Part shown: one piece after another, positions 19,500-29,049 of the stretch
How positions within the stretch are numbered: the first letter of the stretch is position 1
Layout of the letters: each line of letters starts with the position of its first letter
Assembly: GCA_903907855.1 (NCBI GenBank)
Contig: CAIVPT010000191.1
Span: 875-64,874, forward strand
Source of the DNA: an uncultured Synechococcaceae cyanobacterium
GTDB taxonomy: Bacteria > Cyanobacteriota > Cyanobacteriia > PCC-6307 > Cyanobiaceae
Direction: 5' to 3'
Length of the DNA stretch: 64,000 nucleotides
Translations under genes and position numbers: made by a program
Notes under the pieces: generated by a model
Seen by the model: the letters and a program-made list of their open reading frames with translations, nothing else
Database searches by the model: none
Told to the model about the DNA's origin: nothing

Positions 19500-20481
19500 G
19501 CTCCCCCTCGCTCTCCTCCTCCAGCTGCTGACGGCCGGTGCGGCGGGAGCCCTGGCGCAGCCGTGGATCGAGACCCGACTCCAGCCGATCCCCCCGCTGG
19601 CGCGGGCGCGCCTCCAGGTCGGCCAGGCACTGGCCATAGAGTTCCTGGCGATCCCAGCCGTCCTCCAGCGCGCAGCCCGGGTCACCCTGATGGCGGCAGT
19701 TGCGGAAACGGCAGGGGCACTCGGCCAGCCGGCGGCGCAGCTCGGGGAACAGGGCCGCCAGGGCGGTGGGGTCGTCCGGCAGCTCGGGGCGATTGAAGCC
19801 GGGGGAATCGGCCACCAGGGCCTCGCCAAGGGCGAACAGCTCCACGTGGCGGGTGGTGTGGCGACCCCGCTGCAGCCGGCCGGAGACGGCGCCGGTGCGC
19901 AGGGACAGATCGGGCCGCAGGGCGTTGAGGAGGCTGCTCTTGCCCACCCCGGAGGGACCGCAGAAGACCACCAGGCCAGGGCCGGCGAGGGCATCGCGCA
20001 GGGAGTCGAGTCCCTGGCCGTCGCGCAGGGAAACCGGATGGACCGGATAGCCCCAGCCACTGGCGCGACACCGCCAGGCCTCCACCTCGTCCTGGGGGAG
20101 GAGGTCGGCCTTGGTGAACACCAGCACCACCGCCTGGCCGGTGGCCTCCGCGGTGAGCAGGAAGCGGGTGAGCTGCAGCGGATCCAGGGCGGGCTGGCGC
20201 AGCGAAGCCACCACCACCACGCGGCTGACGTTGGCCACCGCCGGCCGTTGCAGCAGGCTGGTGCGCGGTTCGATCGCGGCCACGGCACCCCGACCCGCCG
20301 GCCAATCGATCCCCTCCACCCACACCTGATCCCCCACGCAGATCTGCTGGCCGCTCTTGCCGAGGCGGGTGCGGCGGGTGCAGAGCAGGCGATCGGTGGC
20401 CCTGGGGCCCGCTTCCTCGAGGCCCACCAGACAGAAGTTGGCCTGCAGCGCCAGCACCCGGCCGCGGCGCCCCTCAACCAC
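19474..20481 (-). CDS. rsgA: Ribosome small-subunit-dependent GTPase A
   Basis: [27 protein letters not shown] and the zinc cluster [15 protein letters not shown] prefer the GTG start at 20481 (GTGGTTGA overlap with the upstream stop) over the track start at 20541. Confidence 0.85.
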   Translation of the reverse strand: MVEGRRGRVLALQANFCLVGLEEAGPRATDRLLCTRRTRLGKSGQQICVGDQVWVEGIDWPAGRGAVAAIEPRTSLLQRPAVANVSRVVVVASLRQPALDPLQLTRFLLTAEATGQAVVLVFTKADLLPQDEVEAWRCRASGWGYPVHPVSLRDGQGLDSLRDALAGPGLVVFCGPSGVGKSSLLNALRPDLSLRTGAVSGRLQRGRHTTRHVELFALGEALVADSPGFNRPELPDDPTALAALFPELRRRLAECPCRFRNCRHQGDPGCALEDGWDRQELYGQCLADLEARPRQRGDRLESGLDPRLRQGSRRTGRQQLEEESEGELSPPSPAG

Positions 20482-20728
20482 GGCGGATTCGCAGACGCAC
20501 GCCCCCCTCTGGCAGCGCGGCGCTCTCCAGGCCATGGCCATCGCCCCGCACCCCCTCGCTCACCATCTGCTCCGGATCGCCGGCATCGAGATCCACCTGC
20601 AGGATCGCCCCCACCGGGATCTTCTCCAGGGCCAGGCGGGTGCGGATGAAGTTGAGGGGGCAGGGCGTGCCGCGCAGGTCGAGGTGGGCGCTGGGATCGG
20701 GACCTGGGGAACCGCTCACCGTGCTCAC
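20474..20728 (-). CDS. TusA/SirA-like sulfurtransferase
   Basis: 84 aa. [19 protein letters not shown] matches the CPxP-type active-site loop of the TusA family. The GTG start overlaps the dnaJ stop (GTGA). Confidence 0.7.
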   Translation of the reverse strand: MSTVSGSPGPDPSAHLDLRGTPCPLNFIRTRLALEKIPVGAILQVDLDAGDPEQMVSEGVRGDGHGLESAALPEGGVRLRIRRG

Positions 20729-21846
20729 CCGAACAGGCCGCCGAACAGGCCGCTCTTGTGGGGGTGGCCCTTGCCCTTGCGGGTGTGGTGGCCGGCGAGC
20801 TGCTCGAGCAGCTCCCGCTCCTCACCGCTGACCTTGGTGGGCAGCTGCACCTTCACGCTCACCTGGTGGTTGCCGCGGGCAACGGGGTTGCCCAGCCGCG
20901 GCACGCCCTTGTTGCGGAGGGTGAGCACGGCACCGGGTTGGGTGCCGGCCGGGATCGGCAGGGATTCGGGGCCGTCGACGGTCTCCACCTCGATCGTGTC
21001 GCCGAGGATGGCCTGCAGGTAGTTGAGCGCCACCTCCGAGTGGATCGTCTGCCCCTCCCGCTGCAGGCTGGGATGGGGGCGCACCCCAAGAAACACGTAC
21101 AGATCGCCGGACGGTCCGCCGCGCTGGCCGGCGTTCCCCTCCGAGGCGATCCGCAACCGGGTGCCGCTGTCGACGCCGGCGGGGATGTTGATGCGCAGGG
21201 TCTTGGAAACCTGCTGCAAGCCCTGGCCGGAGCAGGCGGGGCACGGATCGGCGATCACCTGGCCGCTGCCATCACAGCTGGGGCAGGGGGCCACCTGGTT
21301 GAAGGTGCCGAAGGGGGTGCGGGTGGCGCGGCGCACCTGGCCGGCGCCGCCACAGGTGCCACAGGTGGTGGGGCCACTGCCGGACTTGGCGCCGGAGCCG
21401 CTGCAGGTGCCACAGGTCTCGAGGTGGCGGATCTGCACCTCCTTCTCGATGCCGAAGACCGCTTCGCGGAAATCGATCGAGAGGTCGAGGCGCAGGTCAT
21501 CGCCCTGGCGAGGACCGCTGCGGCGGCGACCACCGCCAGGGGCACCGGCACCGCCGAAACCGCTGAAGAAGGTTTCAAACAGATCGGCGAACCCGCCCAT
21601 GTCGCCCATGTCGGGCATGCCGGCCGCCCCCCCGAGGCCCGCCTCTCCGAACTGGTCGTAGCGGGAGCGGGTCTGGGGATCGTTGAGCACCTCGTAGGCG
21701 CGGCCGATTTCCTTGAAGCGGTCTTCGGCCCCCGGATCCTTGTTTACATCCGGGTGGTATTGGCGCGCCATGCGCCGGTAGGCCCGCTTGAGCGTGTCAG
21801 CGTCGGCGTCGCGGGCGACGCCCAGCAGCTCGTAGTAGTCGGCCAT
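20725..21846 (-). CDS. dnaJ: Molecular chaperone DnaJ
   Basis: [14 protein letters not shown] (HPD), a Gly/Phe region and four CxxCxGxG repeats ([32 protein letters not shown]). Confidence 0.95.
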   Translation of the reverse strand: MADYYELLGVARDADADTLKRAYRRMARQYHPDVNKDPGAEDRFKEIGRAYEVLNDPQTRSRYDQFGEAGLGGAAGMPDMGDMGGFADLFETFFSGFGGAGAPGGGRRRSGPRQGDDLRLDLSIDFREAVFGIEKEVQIRHLETCGTCSGSGAKSGSGPTTCGTCGGAGQVRRATRTPFGTFNQVAPCPSCDGSGQVIADPCPACSGQGLQQVSKTLRINIPAGVDSGTRLRIASEGNAGQRGGPSGDLYVFLGVRPHPSLQREGQTIHSEVALNYLQAILGDTIEVETVDGPESLPIPAGTQPGAVLTLRNKGVPRLGNPVARGNHQVSVKVQLPTKVSGEERELLEQLAGHHTRKGKGHPHKSGLFGGLFG

Positions 21847-22577
21847 CAGCCGTCCTGCTCCCCGCCGGAGGCGGGATCGGCCGCCGAGCCGGCACCGCCG
21901 GGCCCGGGACCCATCGAGACCTTCACCAACGCATGGCGCAGCACGCGGTCTTGCAAGCTGTACCCGCGCTGGAGCTCGGCGATCACCACATCCTCAGGGT
22001 GCTCCTCGCTCGGTTCGCGCAACACCGCTTCATGGAGGGTGGGATCGAACGGTTCGCCCTCCACCCGCATCGGTGCCACCCCGAGCTGCTTGAGCACATC
22101 CACCAGCTGGCGGTAGAGGGCCAGGTAGCTGCCATGGAGGGCCTGGGCCTCCTCGTGCTGGGGGTTGAGCTGCTGGCGGGCGCGCTCGAAGTTGTCGACC
22201 ACCGGCAGGATTTCAGCCACGGTGGTGCAGGTGATCTGCAGCTTCAGATCGTCCCGGTCGCGGCTCTGGCGTTTGCGGAAGTTATCAAAATCGGCCGCAA
22301 TGCGCATGTACTGGCCGCGCACGGTCTCGTGTTCGGCCTGCAGGGCGGCGAGCTCGGCCTCCACCTGGCGGAGGCGATCGCCGGGATCGGGGCCATCGGC
22401 TGGGGCGGCGGCGGGATCGGCCGCGGCCTCCGCAGGGGGGGCGGCTGCAGGATCAGCCGGATCGGCCGGGGTGGCCGGATCGGCGGAGCCGTTGCCAGGG
22501 GCGGCATCCGCGGGGGCGACGGACGCCTCCGCCGGATCGTGGGGGAACTCAGGAACCGCTGCCGTGTCGCCGCTCAT
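21846..22577 (-). CDS. grpE: Nucleotide exchange factor GrpE
   Basis: [13 protein letters not shown] and the C-terminal beta domain [12 protein letters not shown] at 22577 was verified. The stop overlaps the dnaJ ATG by 1 nt. Confidence 0.9.
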   Translation of the reverse strand: MSGDTAAVPEFPHDPAEASVAPADAAPGNGSADPATPADPADPAAAPPAEAAADPAAAPADGPDPGDRLRQVEAELAALQAEHETVRGQYMRIAADFDNFRKRQSRDRDDLKLQITCTTVAEILPVVDNFERARQQLNPQHEEAQALHGSYLALYRQLVDVLKQLGVAPMRVEGEPFDPTLHEAVLREPSEEHPEDVVIAELQRGYSLQDRVLRHALVKVSMGPGPGGAGSAADPASGGEQDG

Positions 22578-22850
22578 GCTGCCGTCGCGCCATTCGTTTG
22601 GGGATATGTTGATGGGCCGCCGGCCCCTCCTACAAGGAGCGGAAGCCCGCACCTTCGCCCGGCCCGCCCTGCAGACCCCGAGGCCGCCCCAAAACAGGCC
22701 GGGGGAACGGGGGACAAACCGAGACGTTTGTTGCCACATCCGCCAGAATCAGGCCCCGTCCAGCCATTCGCCCCTCCCTTCTCGCCCCTGCCCTCGCTGG
22801 CCTTTCGCTGATCTTCGCCGGCCCCATCGCCGGATTCCCCGCCCCCACCG

Positions 22851-24308
22851 ATGAACTCCGACATCGCCAACCTCTGGAAGAGCACCGGCAACGGCGAGCG
22901 CTCCTCCCTAATAGGCGACCTCGATCTCGGCCAGGCGGCGGTGGGCCAGGTGGAGGCACCCCTGGACGCGGTGGACCTGGAGGTGAGCAGCCAGGACACG
23001 AACCTCTCGCCGGTGATGAGCCTGGTGGACCGCGTCCTGATCGAGGCCCTCACCCACTCCGCCAGCGACATCCACATCGAACCACAGGAGGATGGCCTGC
23101 TGATCCGCTTCCGCCAGGACGGCGTGCTGCGCAACGTGGAGAAACTGCCGCGCAATGTCACGCCGGCGATCACCTCGCGCCTCAAGATCATGGCCGACCT
23201 GGACATCGCCGAGCGGCGCATGCCCCAGGACGGCCGGATCCGCCGCAACTTCCGCGGCCGCACGATGGATTTCCGGGTCAGCACCCTGCCCAGTCGCCAT
23301 GGCGAGAAGGTGGTGCTGCGTCTGCTGGACAGCGGCAACACCCAGCTGGGGCTCGACAGCCTGATCACCGATCCGGTGGCGCGGGCGACGCTGCGGGATC
23401 TGGGTGCCAAACCCTTCGGCATGATCCTGGTCACCGGCCCCACCGGCTCCGGCAAGAGCACCACCCTCTACGCGTTGCTGTCGGAACGCAACGACCCCTC
23501 GATCAACATCTCCACCGTCGAAGACCCGATCGAGTACACCCTCAAGGGCATCACCCAGACCCAGGTCAACCGGGAAAAGGGGCTCGATTTCGCCACCGCC
23601 CTGCGGGCCTTCATGCGCCAGGACCCGGACGTGCTCCTGGTGGGGGAGACCCGCGACCTGGAGACAGCCCGCACCGCGATTGAGGCCGCCCTCACCGGTC
23701 ACCTGGTGCTCACCACCCTGCACTGCAACGACGCCGCCAGCGCCTTTGCCCGCCTCGACGAGATGGGGGTGGAGCCTTTCCTGGTGAGTGCCTCGCTGCT
23801 GGGGGTGGTGTCGCAGCGGCTGGTGCGGCGCCTCTGCGAGCAGTGCCGCACCCCGTACCGGCCCGACGCCGAAGAGCTGGCCCGCTTCGGCCTGGTGGCC
23901 AGCGATGAGAGCAGCATCACCTTCTACAGCGCCACCACGATGCAGGCGGGCAGCGAGGGCTGCTGCCCCAACTGCCAGGGCCGCGGCTACGCCGGCCGGG
24001 TGGGGGTGTTCGAGATCCTGCGCATGAATGAGAGCCTCTCCTCCGCCGTGGCCAAGCGCTCCAGCACCGAGGAGCTGCGGCGGCTGGCCCTCGAAGGGGG
24101 CATGAAGACCCTGCTCGGCTATGGCCTCGACCTGGTGCGACAGGGGCTCACCACCCTGGAGGAGGTGGAGCGGATGCTGCTGACCGACACCGGTCTGGAA
24201 TCGGAGCGCCGCGCCCGGGCCCTGAGCACCCTCACCTGCCGCGGCTGCGGGGCCGGACTGCAGGACGAGTGGCTGGAATGCCCCTACTGTTTGCGCGTGC
24301 GGCGATAG
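22851..24308 (+). CDS. pilB: Type IV pilus / T2SS-type assembly ATPase (PilB/GspE family), short form
   Basis: Walker A GPTGSGKSTTL, VLLVGETRD, His box GHLVLTTLH, and tetracysteine CEQC...CPNCQGRGYAGRVGVFE. It carries an extra C-terminal CRGC-x10-CPYC. Confidence 0.85.
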   Translation: MNSDIANLWKSTGNGERSSLIGDLDLGQAAVGQVEAPLDAVDLEVSSQDTNLSPVMSLVDRVLIEALTHSASDIHIEPQEDGLLIRFRQDGVLRNVEKLPRNVTPAITSRLKIMADLDIAERRMPQDGRIRRNFRGRTMDFRVSTLPSRHGEKVVLRLLDSGNTQLGLDSLITDPVARATLRDLGAKPFGMILVTGPTGSGKSTTLYALLSERNDPSINISTVEDPIEYTLKGITQTQVNREKGLDFATALRAFMRQDPDVLLVGETRDLETARTAIEAALTGHLVLTTLHCNDAASAFARLDEMGVEPFLVSASLLGVVSQRLVRRLCEQCRTPYRPDAEELARFGLVASDESSITFYSATTMQAGSEGCCPNCQGRGYAGRVGVFEILRMNESLSSAVAKRSSTEELRRLALEGGMKTLLGYGLDLVRQGLTTLEEVERMLLTDTGLESERRARALSTLTCRGCGAGLQDEWLECPYCLRVRR

Positions 24309-24321
24309 TCACGGTCACGGC

Positions 24322-25407
24322 ATGGACGAACAGTTTCTGATTGAGGATCTGATGATCGAGCTGGTCAAGGGCGGGGGCAGTGACCTGCACCTGGCCGCCG
24401 GCCAGCCCCCTTACGGACGCTTCAACGGCCAGCTGCGACCGATCGTGCAGGACGTGGTGCTCTCAGAGGAGACCTGCAACCGGCTGATCTTTTCGCTGCT
24501 GAACAATTCCCAGCGGAAGCACCTTGAGCAGAACTGGGATCTCGACTGTTCCTATGGCCTGAAGGACGTCGCGCGATTTCGGGTGAACGTATACCGGCAG
24601 CGGGGCACCTATGCGGCCTGCCTGCGGGCCCTGGGCAACGACATTCCCTCCCTCGACAGCCTGGGCATGCCAGCGATCGTGGAGGAAATCAGCCGCAAAC
24701 CCAAGGGTCTGTTGTTGGTCACCGGCCCCACCGGCTCCGGCAAGAGCACCACCCTGGCCGCCTTGCTGAACCACATCAACCACACCCGCGCCGAGCACAT
24801 CCTCACGATCGAGGACCCGATCGAATTCACCTACAAAAACGACAAATCGCTGATCCACCAGCGGGAGGTCAGCGAGGACACCCGCAGCTTCGCCAACGCC
24901 CTGCGGGCGGCCCTGCGCGAAGACCCCGACGTCATCCTGGTGGGCGAGATGCGCGACCTGGAGACGATCCAGCTGGCGATCACCGCCGCCGAAACCGGCC
25001 ACCTGGTGCTCGGCACCCTGCACACCAGCTCCGCCTCCCAGACCGTAGACCGCATGGTGGACGTCTTCCCCGCCTCCCAGCAGACCCAGATCCGCGTGCA
25101 GCTCAGTTCCAGCCTGGTGGCGGTCTTCTCCCAGACCCTCTGCCGCAGCGCCTCGCCCCGTTCTGGCGCCCTGGGGCGGGTGATGGCCCAGGAAATCATG
25201 GTCAATACCCCGGCGATCGCCAACCTGATCCGCGAGGGCAAGACAGCCCAGCTCTATTCGCAGATCCAGACGGGTGCGCAATCGGGCATGCAAACCCTGG
25301 AGCGGGCCCTTGCCAACCTCGTGCGGAACGGTAAGGTCTCCGCGGCCGAAGCGTTGACCAAAACCAGCCGACCAGACGAACTGGAGCGCCTGTTGGACCA
25401 GAGCTGA
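24322..25407 (+). CDS. pilT: Twitching-motility retraction ATPase PilT
   Basis: GPTGSGKSTTLAAL, ILVGEMRDLETI, GHLVLGTLHT, AIANLIREGK. Confidence 0.9.
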   Translation: MDEQFLIEDLMIELVKGGGSDLHLAAGQPPYGRFNGQLRPIVQDVVLSEETCNRLIFSLLNNSQRKHLEQNWDLDCSYGLKDVARFRVNVYRQRGTYAACLRALGNDIPSLDSLGMPAIVEEISRKPKGLLLVTGPTGSGKSTTLAALLNHINHTRAEHILTIEDPIEFTYKNDKSLIHQREVSEDTRSFANALRAALREDPDVILVGEMRDLETIQLAITAAETGHLVLGTLHTSSASQTVDRMVDVFPASQQTQIRVQLSSSLVAVFSQTLCRSASPRSGALGRVMAQEIMVNTPAIANLIREGKTAQLYSQIQTGAQSGMQTLERALANLVRNGKVSAAEALTKTSRPDELERLLDQS

Positions 25408-25428
25408 TCGCCCCGCCCCCTGAGCGCC

Positions 25429-26673
25429 ATGACCTCCTTTCTCGTCACTTACTCCACCCCGTCGGGCCAGAAACGGGAGATGACCCTCGAGGCCGATAGT
25501 CCGGCCATGGCCCGGCGTCGGTTACGGCAGCGGGGGATCCTGGCCAACACCCTGGTGCGCAAGCCCGACAGCGCAGCCCCGACCGCTGATCGCGAGCCGA
25601 GCGGCCGCCGCAGCTGGCGTGAGTGGTTCGAAGGGGGTATCACGATCCGCGACAAGGCCCTCTTCGCCAGCAAGCTCTCAGCCCTGGTGGATGCGGGCGT
25701 GCCGATCCTGCGCAGCCTCGACCTGATGCGCACCCAGCAGCGTTCCAGCCAGTTCCGGCGGGCGCTCACCGGCATGTCACAGGACGTCAACCAGGGGGAG
25801 AGCCTGGGCAATTCGATGCGGCGATGGCCCCAGGTATTCGACAACCTTTCGATCGCCATGGTGGAGGCCGGCGAGGTGGGCGGTGTGCTCGATGAAACCC
25901 TGCAGCGCCTGGCCAAGCTGCTGGAGGACAACGCCAAACTGCAGAACCAGATCCGTGGCGCCATGGGCTATCCCGTGGCCGTGCTGGTGATCGCGATTGC
26001 CGTCTTCCTGGGGATGACGATCTTCCTGATTCCAGTATTTGCCGATATCTTCGAGCAGCTCGGCGCCGAGCTGCCGATGTTCACCCAGCTGATGCTTGAC
26101 CTGAGCAAACTGCTGCGCTCAGCCTTCTCAATCGTGCTTGTGGGCGGCCTGATTGTGGGCAGCTTCCTGTTCAGCCGCTTCTATGCCACTCCGGCCGGCC
26201 GGCGCCAGGTCGATGGCCTGGTGCTCAAGGTGCCCCTGTTTGGTGAGCTGATGCAGAAGACGGCCACCGCCCAGTTCTGCCGCACATTGAGTTCGCTTTC
26301 GCGGGCTGGTGTGCCGATTCTGATGTCGCTGGAAATCGTGCGGGAAACCACCAACAACAGCGTCATCGGTGATGCGATCATCAATTCCAAAAACGAGGTG
26401 AGCGAAGGCATCCCCCTCAGCGCTGCCCTGGCGATGAAGAATGTCTTCCCCGATATGGCCGTGAGCATGATGGCGATCGGCGAGGAGACCGGGGAGATGG
26501 ACGCCATGCTCTCCAAGGTGGCCGACTTCTACGAAGACGAGGTGGCGTCCATGGTCAAGGCGATGACCTCCATGCTCGAGCCCGCGATGATCGTGCTGGT
26601 GGGGCTGATCGTGGGCTCGGTGCTGCTGGCGATGTATCTGCCGATGTTCAAGGTGTTCGAACAGATCCGCTGA
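25429..26673 (+). CDS. pilC: Type IV pilus platform protein PilC (GspF family)
   Basis: Two GspF repeats (RSLDLMRTQQ...; LSRAGVPILMSLEIV...) and three TM segments. Confidence 0.9.
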   Translation: MTSFLVTYSTPSGQKREMTLEADSPAMARRRLRQRGILANTLVRKPDSAAPTADREPSGRRSWREWFEGGITIRDKALFASKLSALVDAGVPILRSLDLMRTQQRSSQFRRALTGMSQDVNQGESLGNSMRRWPQVFDNLSIAMVEAGEVGGVLDETLQRLAKLLEDNAKLQNQIRGAMGYPVAVLVIAIAVFLGMTIFLIPVFADIFEQLGAELPMFTQLMLDLSKLLRSAFSIVLVGGLIVGSFLFSRFYATPAGRRQVDGLVLKVPLFGELMQKTATAQFCRTLSSLSRAGVPILMSLEIVRETTNNSVIGDAIINSKNEVSEGIPLSAALAMKNVFPDMAVSMMAIGEETGEMDAMLSKVADFYEDEVASMVKAMTSMLEPAMIVLVGLIVGSVLLAMYLPMFKVFEQIR

Positions 26674-27973
26674 GGACTTCCGCCAGCGCCGAGCCGGCGA
26701 TCCAACCGCTGCTCCAGCAGTGCTGGAAGTTGAAGCCGCCGGTGACGCCATCGACATCGAGGATTTCGCCCACCAGGTGGAGGCCGGGGCAGCGGCGGCT
26801 TTCCATCCGTCCCGCCTCCACCTCGCCGAGGGGAATGCCGCCGGCGGTGACGAATTCCTCCCCGAACGGACCACGGCCGGCGATCGCATAGCGGCTGTCG
26901 CGCAGGGCCTGCTGGAGGGCCTGGCTGCGGCGGCGGTCGAGATCGGCCCAGCGGAGCGTCGGATCGAACGGCAGGCCGGAGGGGGCGGTGCTCTCCAGCA
27001 GGTGGCGCCAGAGGCGGCGGCTCAGGGCGGGCCAGGGGCGGGTGGTGGCGATCTGGCGGCGGGCCTGCTCCTGGCGGGCCCGCGCAAACAGCGCCTCGAT
27101 CTCGGCCGGGCTGAGGCCGCCGCTCCAGTCGACCCGCAGCTGGGCGCGGTAACCCCAGGCCCGCAGATCCCGGGCGGCGAAGGCGGTGAGCCGCAGGGTG
27201 GCCGGGCCGCTCAGGCCCCAGTGGGTGATCAGCACCGGGCCGCGCTGACGCCAGGGCGCACGGGAGCGGGCCGAGCCACGGGCCGCAGGCCCAGGAGCGC
27301 CCTCCGGGGGCAGGAGTTCGAGGGTCACCGGATCCATGGCTACCCCGGCCAGGGCCGGCAGGGTGGGGTCGGCCAGGGCGAGGGTGAACAGGGAGGGCAG
27401 GGGCGGCACCAGGGTGTGCCCCAGGGAAACCGCCACCCGATGGCCGCTGGGATGGCTGCCGGTGGCCAACACCAGCCGATCAGCCATCAGCGCCGCACCG
27501 TGGCGCAGCCGCAGGCGGAATCCTCCGGCCGGATCCCGCTCCGCCGCCTGCAGGGCCTGGCCGGTGACCAGCACCACCCCGGCGGCGCGGGCGGCGTCCC
27601 GCAGGCAGGCCACCACGGAACTGGAGCGATTGGAGCGGGGGAAGAGGCGCCCGTCGGGCTCCTCCACCAGCTCCAGCCCATGGGAGGCGAACCAGGCGAC
27701 CGTGTCGGCCGTGGCGAAGCGGGCAAACAGGCCCCGCAGGGCCGGCCCGCCCCGCGGGTAGTGGCCCACCAGGGCGCGCGGATCCCAGCAGGCGTGGGTG
27801 ACGTTGCAGCGGCCACCGCCACTGATGAGCACCTTGTGCAACGGCTCGGCGGTGGCCTCGAGCACAAGGATGTTGCGCAGACCGGCCTCGGCGGCGCGAA
27901 TGGCCGTGAGGAAACCGGCGGGACCGCCGCCTGCCACCACCACGGCGGCGCGACTGGGCAGCATGGGACCCAT
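26648..27973 (-). CDS. HI0933/BaiN-like FAD-dependent flavoprotein
   Basis: VVVAGGGPAGF (dinucleotide-binding), ISGGGRCNVTHAC and C-terminal DVDGVTGGFNFQ are family hallmarks. Confidence 0.8.
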   Translation of the reverse strand: MGPMLPSRAAVVVAGGGPAGFLTAIRAAEAGLRNILVLEATAEPLHKVLISGGGRCNVTHACWDPRALVGHYPRGGPALRGLFARFATADTVAWFASHGLELVEEPDGRLFPRSNRSSSVVACLRDAARAAGVVLVTGQALQAAERDPAGGFRLRLRHGAALMADRLVLATGSHPSGHRVAVSLGHTLVPPLPSLFTLALADPTLPALAGVAMDPVTLELLPPEGAPGPAARGSARSRAPWRQRGPVLITHWGLSGPATLRLTAFAARDLRAWGYRAQLRVDWSGGLSPAEIEALFARARQEQARRQIATTRPWPALSRRLWRHLLESTAPSGLPFDPTLRWADLDRRRSQALQQALRDSRYAIAGRGPFGEEFVTAGGIPLGEVEAGRMESRRCPGLHLVGEILDVDGVTGGFNFQHCWSSGWIAGSALAEVLSGSVRTP

Positions 27974-29003
27974 GCAGGCAGACCTTCGCGATCACTACCG
28001 CTTCAGTGTGGCGCCGATGCTCGATTGCACCGACCGCCACTTCCGCCTGCAGATGCGGCAGATCACCCGCCACGGGCTGCTGACCAGCGAAATGGTGGTG
28101 GCCCGCGCCCTGCACCACATCCAGCAGGAGCATCGCGGGCCGAGGCGGGCGGAGGCGGAGCGCCGGCTGGGGCGGCTGTTGGGCTTTGATCCGGCGGAGC
28201 GGCCGCTGGCGCTGCAGCTGGGGGGAGAGGAGCCGGAGCTGCTGGCGGAGGCGGTGCGGATGGCAGCGGACTGGGGCTACGACGAGGTGAACCTCAACGT
28301 GGGCTGCCCCAGCGAGAAGGTGCAGCAGGGACGCTTCGGGGCCTGCCTGATGGCCGATCCACCGCGGGTGGCGCGCTGTGTGGCCGCGATGGCGGCCGCC
28401 AGCCCGCTACCGGTGACGGTGAAACACCGCATCGGCATCGACGAGCGGGACAGTTTCGAGGAGCTGCTGGCCTTCGTGGACACGGTGGCGGCGGCGGGGG
28501 CGCGCCGCTTTGCCGTGCACGCCCGCAAGGCGTGGCTGGAGGGGCTGGATCCGAAGCAGAACCGCACCGTGCCGCCCCTGCGCTGGGATGTGGTGCAGCG
28601 CCTCAAACAGGAGCGACCCCAGCTCTGCCTGGAGCTCAACGGGGGCCTGGAGCGGGTGGTCGACTGCCTGGAGCAATTGAACTGGGCGGATGGGGTGATG
28701 GTGGGCCGTGCGGCCTATGGCCATCCCCTGCGCTGGGCCACGGTGGATCAAGCGATCTTCGGCGACCCCCATCCCCCGGCCCATGCCTCCGCCGTGGTGC
28801 GGGGATTGATCCCGCACGCCAGCCGTTGGTGCGCCTCCGGCGGGCGCCTGTGGGCGATCGCCCGCCACCTGGTGCACCTGGTGGAAGGGGTATCGGGGGC
28901 ACGGCACTGGCGAGCGGCCCTCACGCAGGCCGCCGGGGCGGCCGGCGCGGGGCCGGAGGTGCTGGCGGAGGCCGCTGCCCAACTGGAGGAGCGGGGGCTT
29001 TGA
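27963..29003 (+). CDS. dusA: tRNA-dihydrouridine synthase A
   Basis: YRFSVAPMLDCTDRHFR and LNVGCPS. ATG lies at 27963 or 27972. Confidence 0.85.
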   Translation: MGPMQADLRDHYRFSVAPMLDCTDRHFRLQMRQITRHGLLTSEMVVARALHHIQQEHRGPRRAEAERRLGRLLGFDPAERPLALQLGGEEPELLAEAVRMAADWGYDEVNLNVGCPSEKVQQGRFGACLMADPPRVARCVAAMAAASPLPVTVKHRIGIDERDSFEELLAFVDTVAAAGARRFAVHARKAWLEGLDPKQNRTVPPLRWDVVQRLKQERPQLCLELNGGLERVVDCLEQLNWADGVMVGRAAYGHPLRWATVDQAIFGDPHPPAHASAVVRGLIPHASRWCASGGRLWAIARHLVHLVEGVSGARHWRAALTQAAGAAGAGPEVLAEAAAQLEERGL

Positions 29004-29049
29004 GGGGCAGCCCCTGCGGCGACCCCTGCGGCCCGAGCGCCCGAAAGGC

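Noticed and set aside
22578-22850. CIRCE heat-shock operator upstream of grpE
   Set aside because: I read the 273-bp spacer and found no TTAGCACTC-N9-GAGTGCTAA-like inverted repeat.
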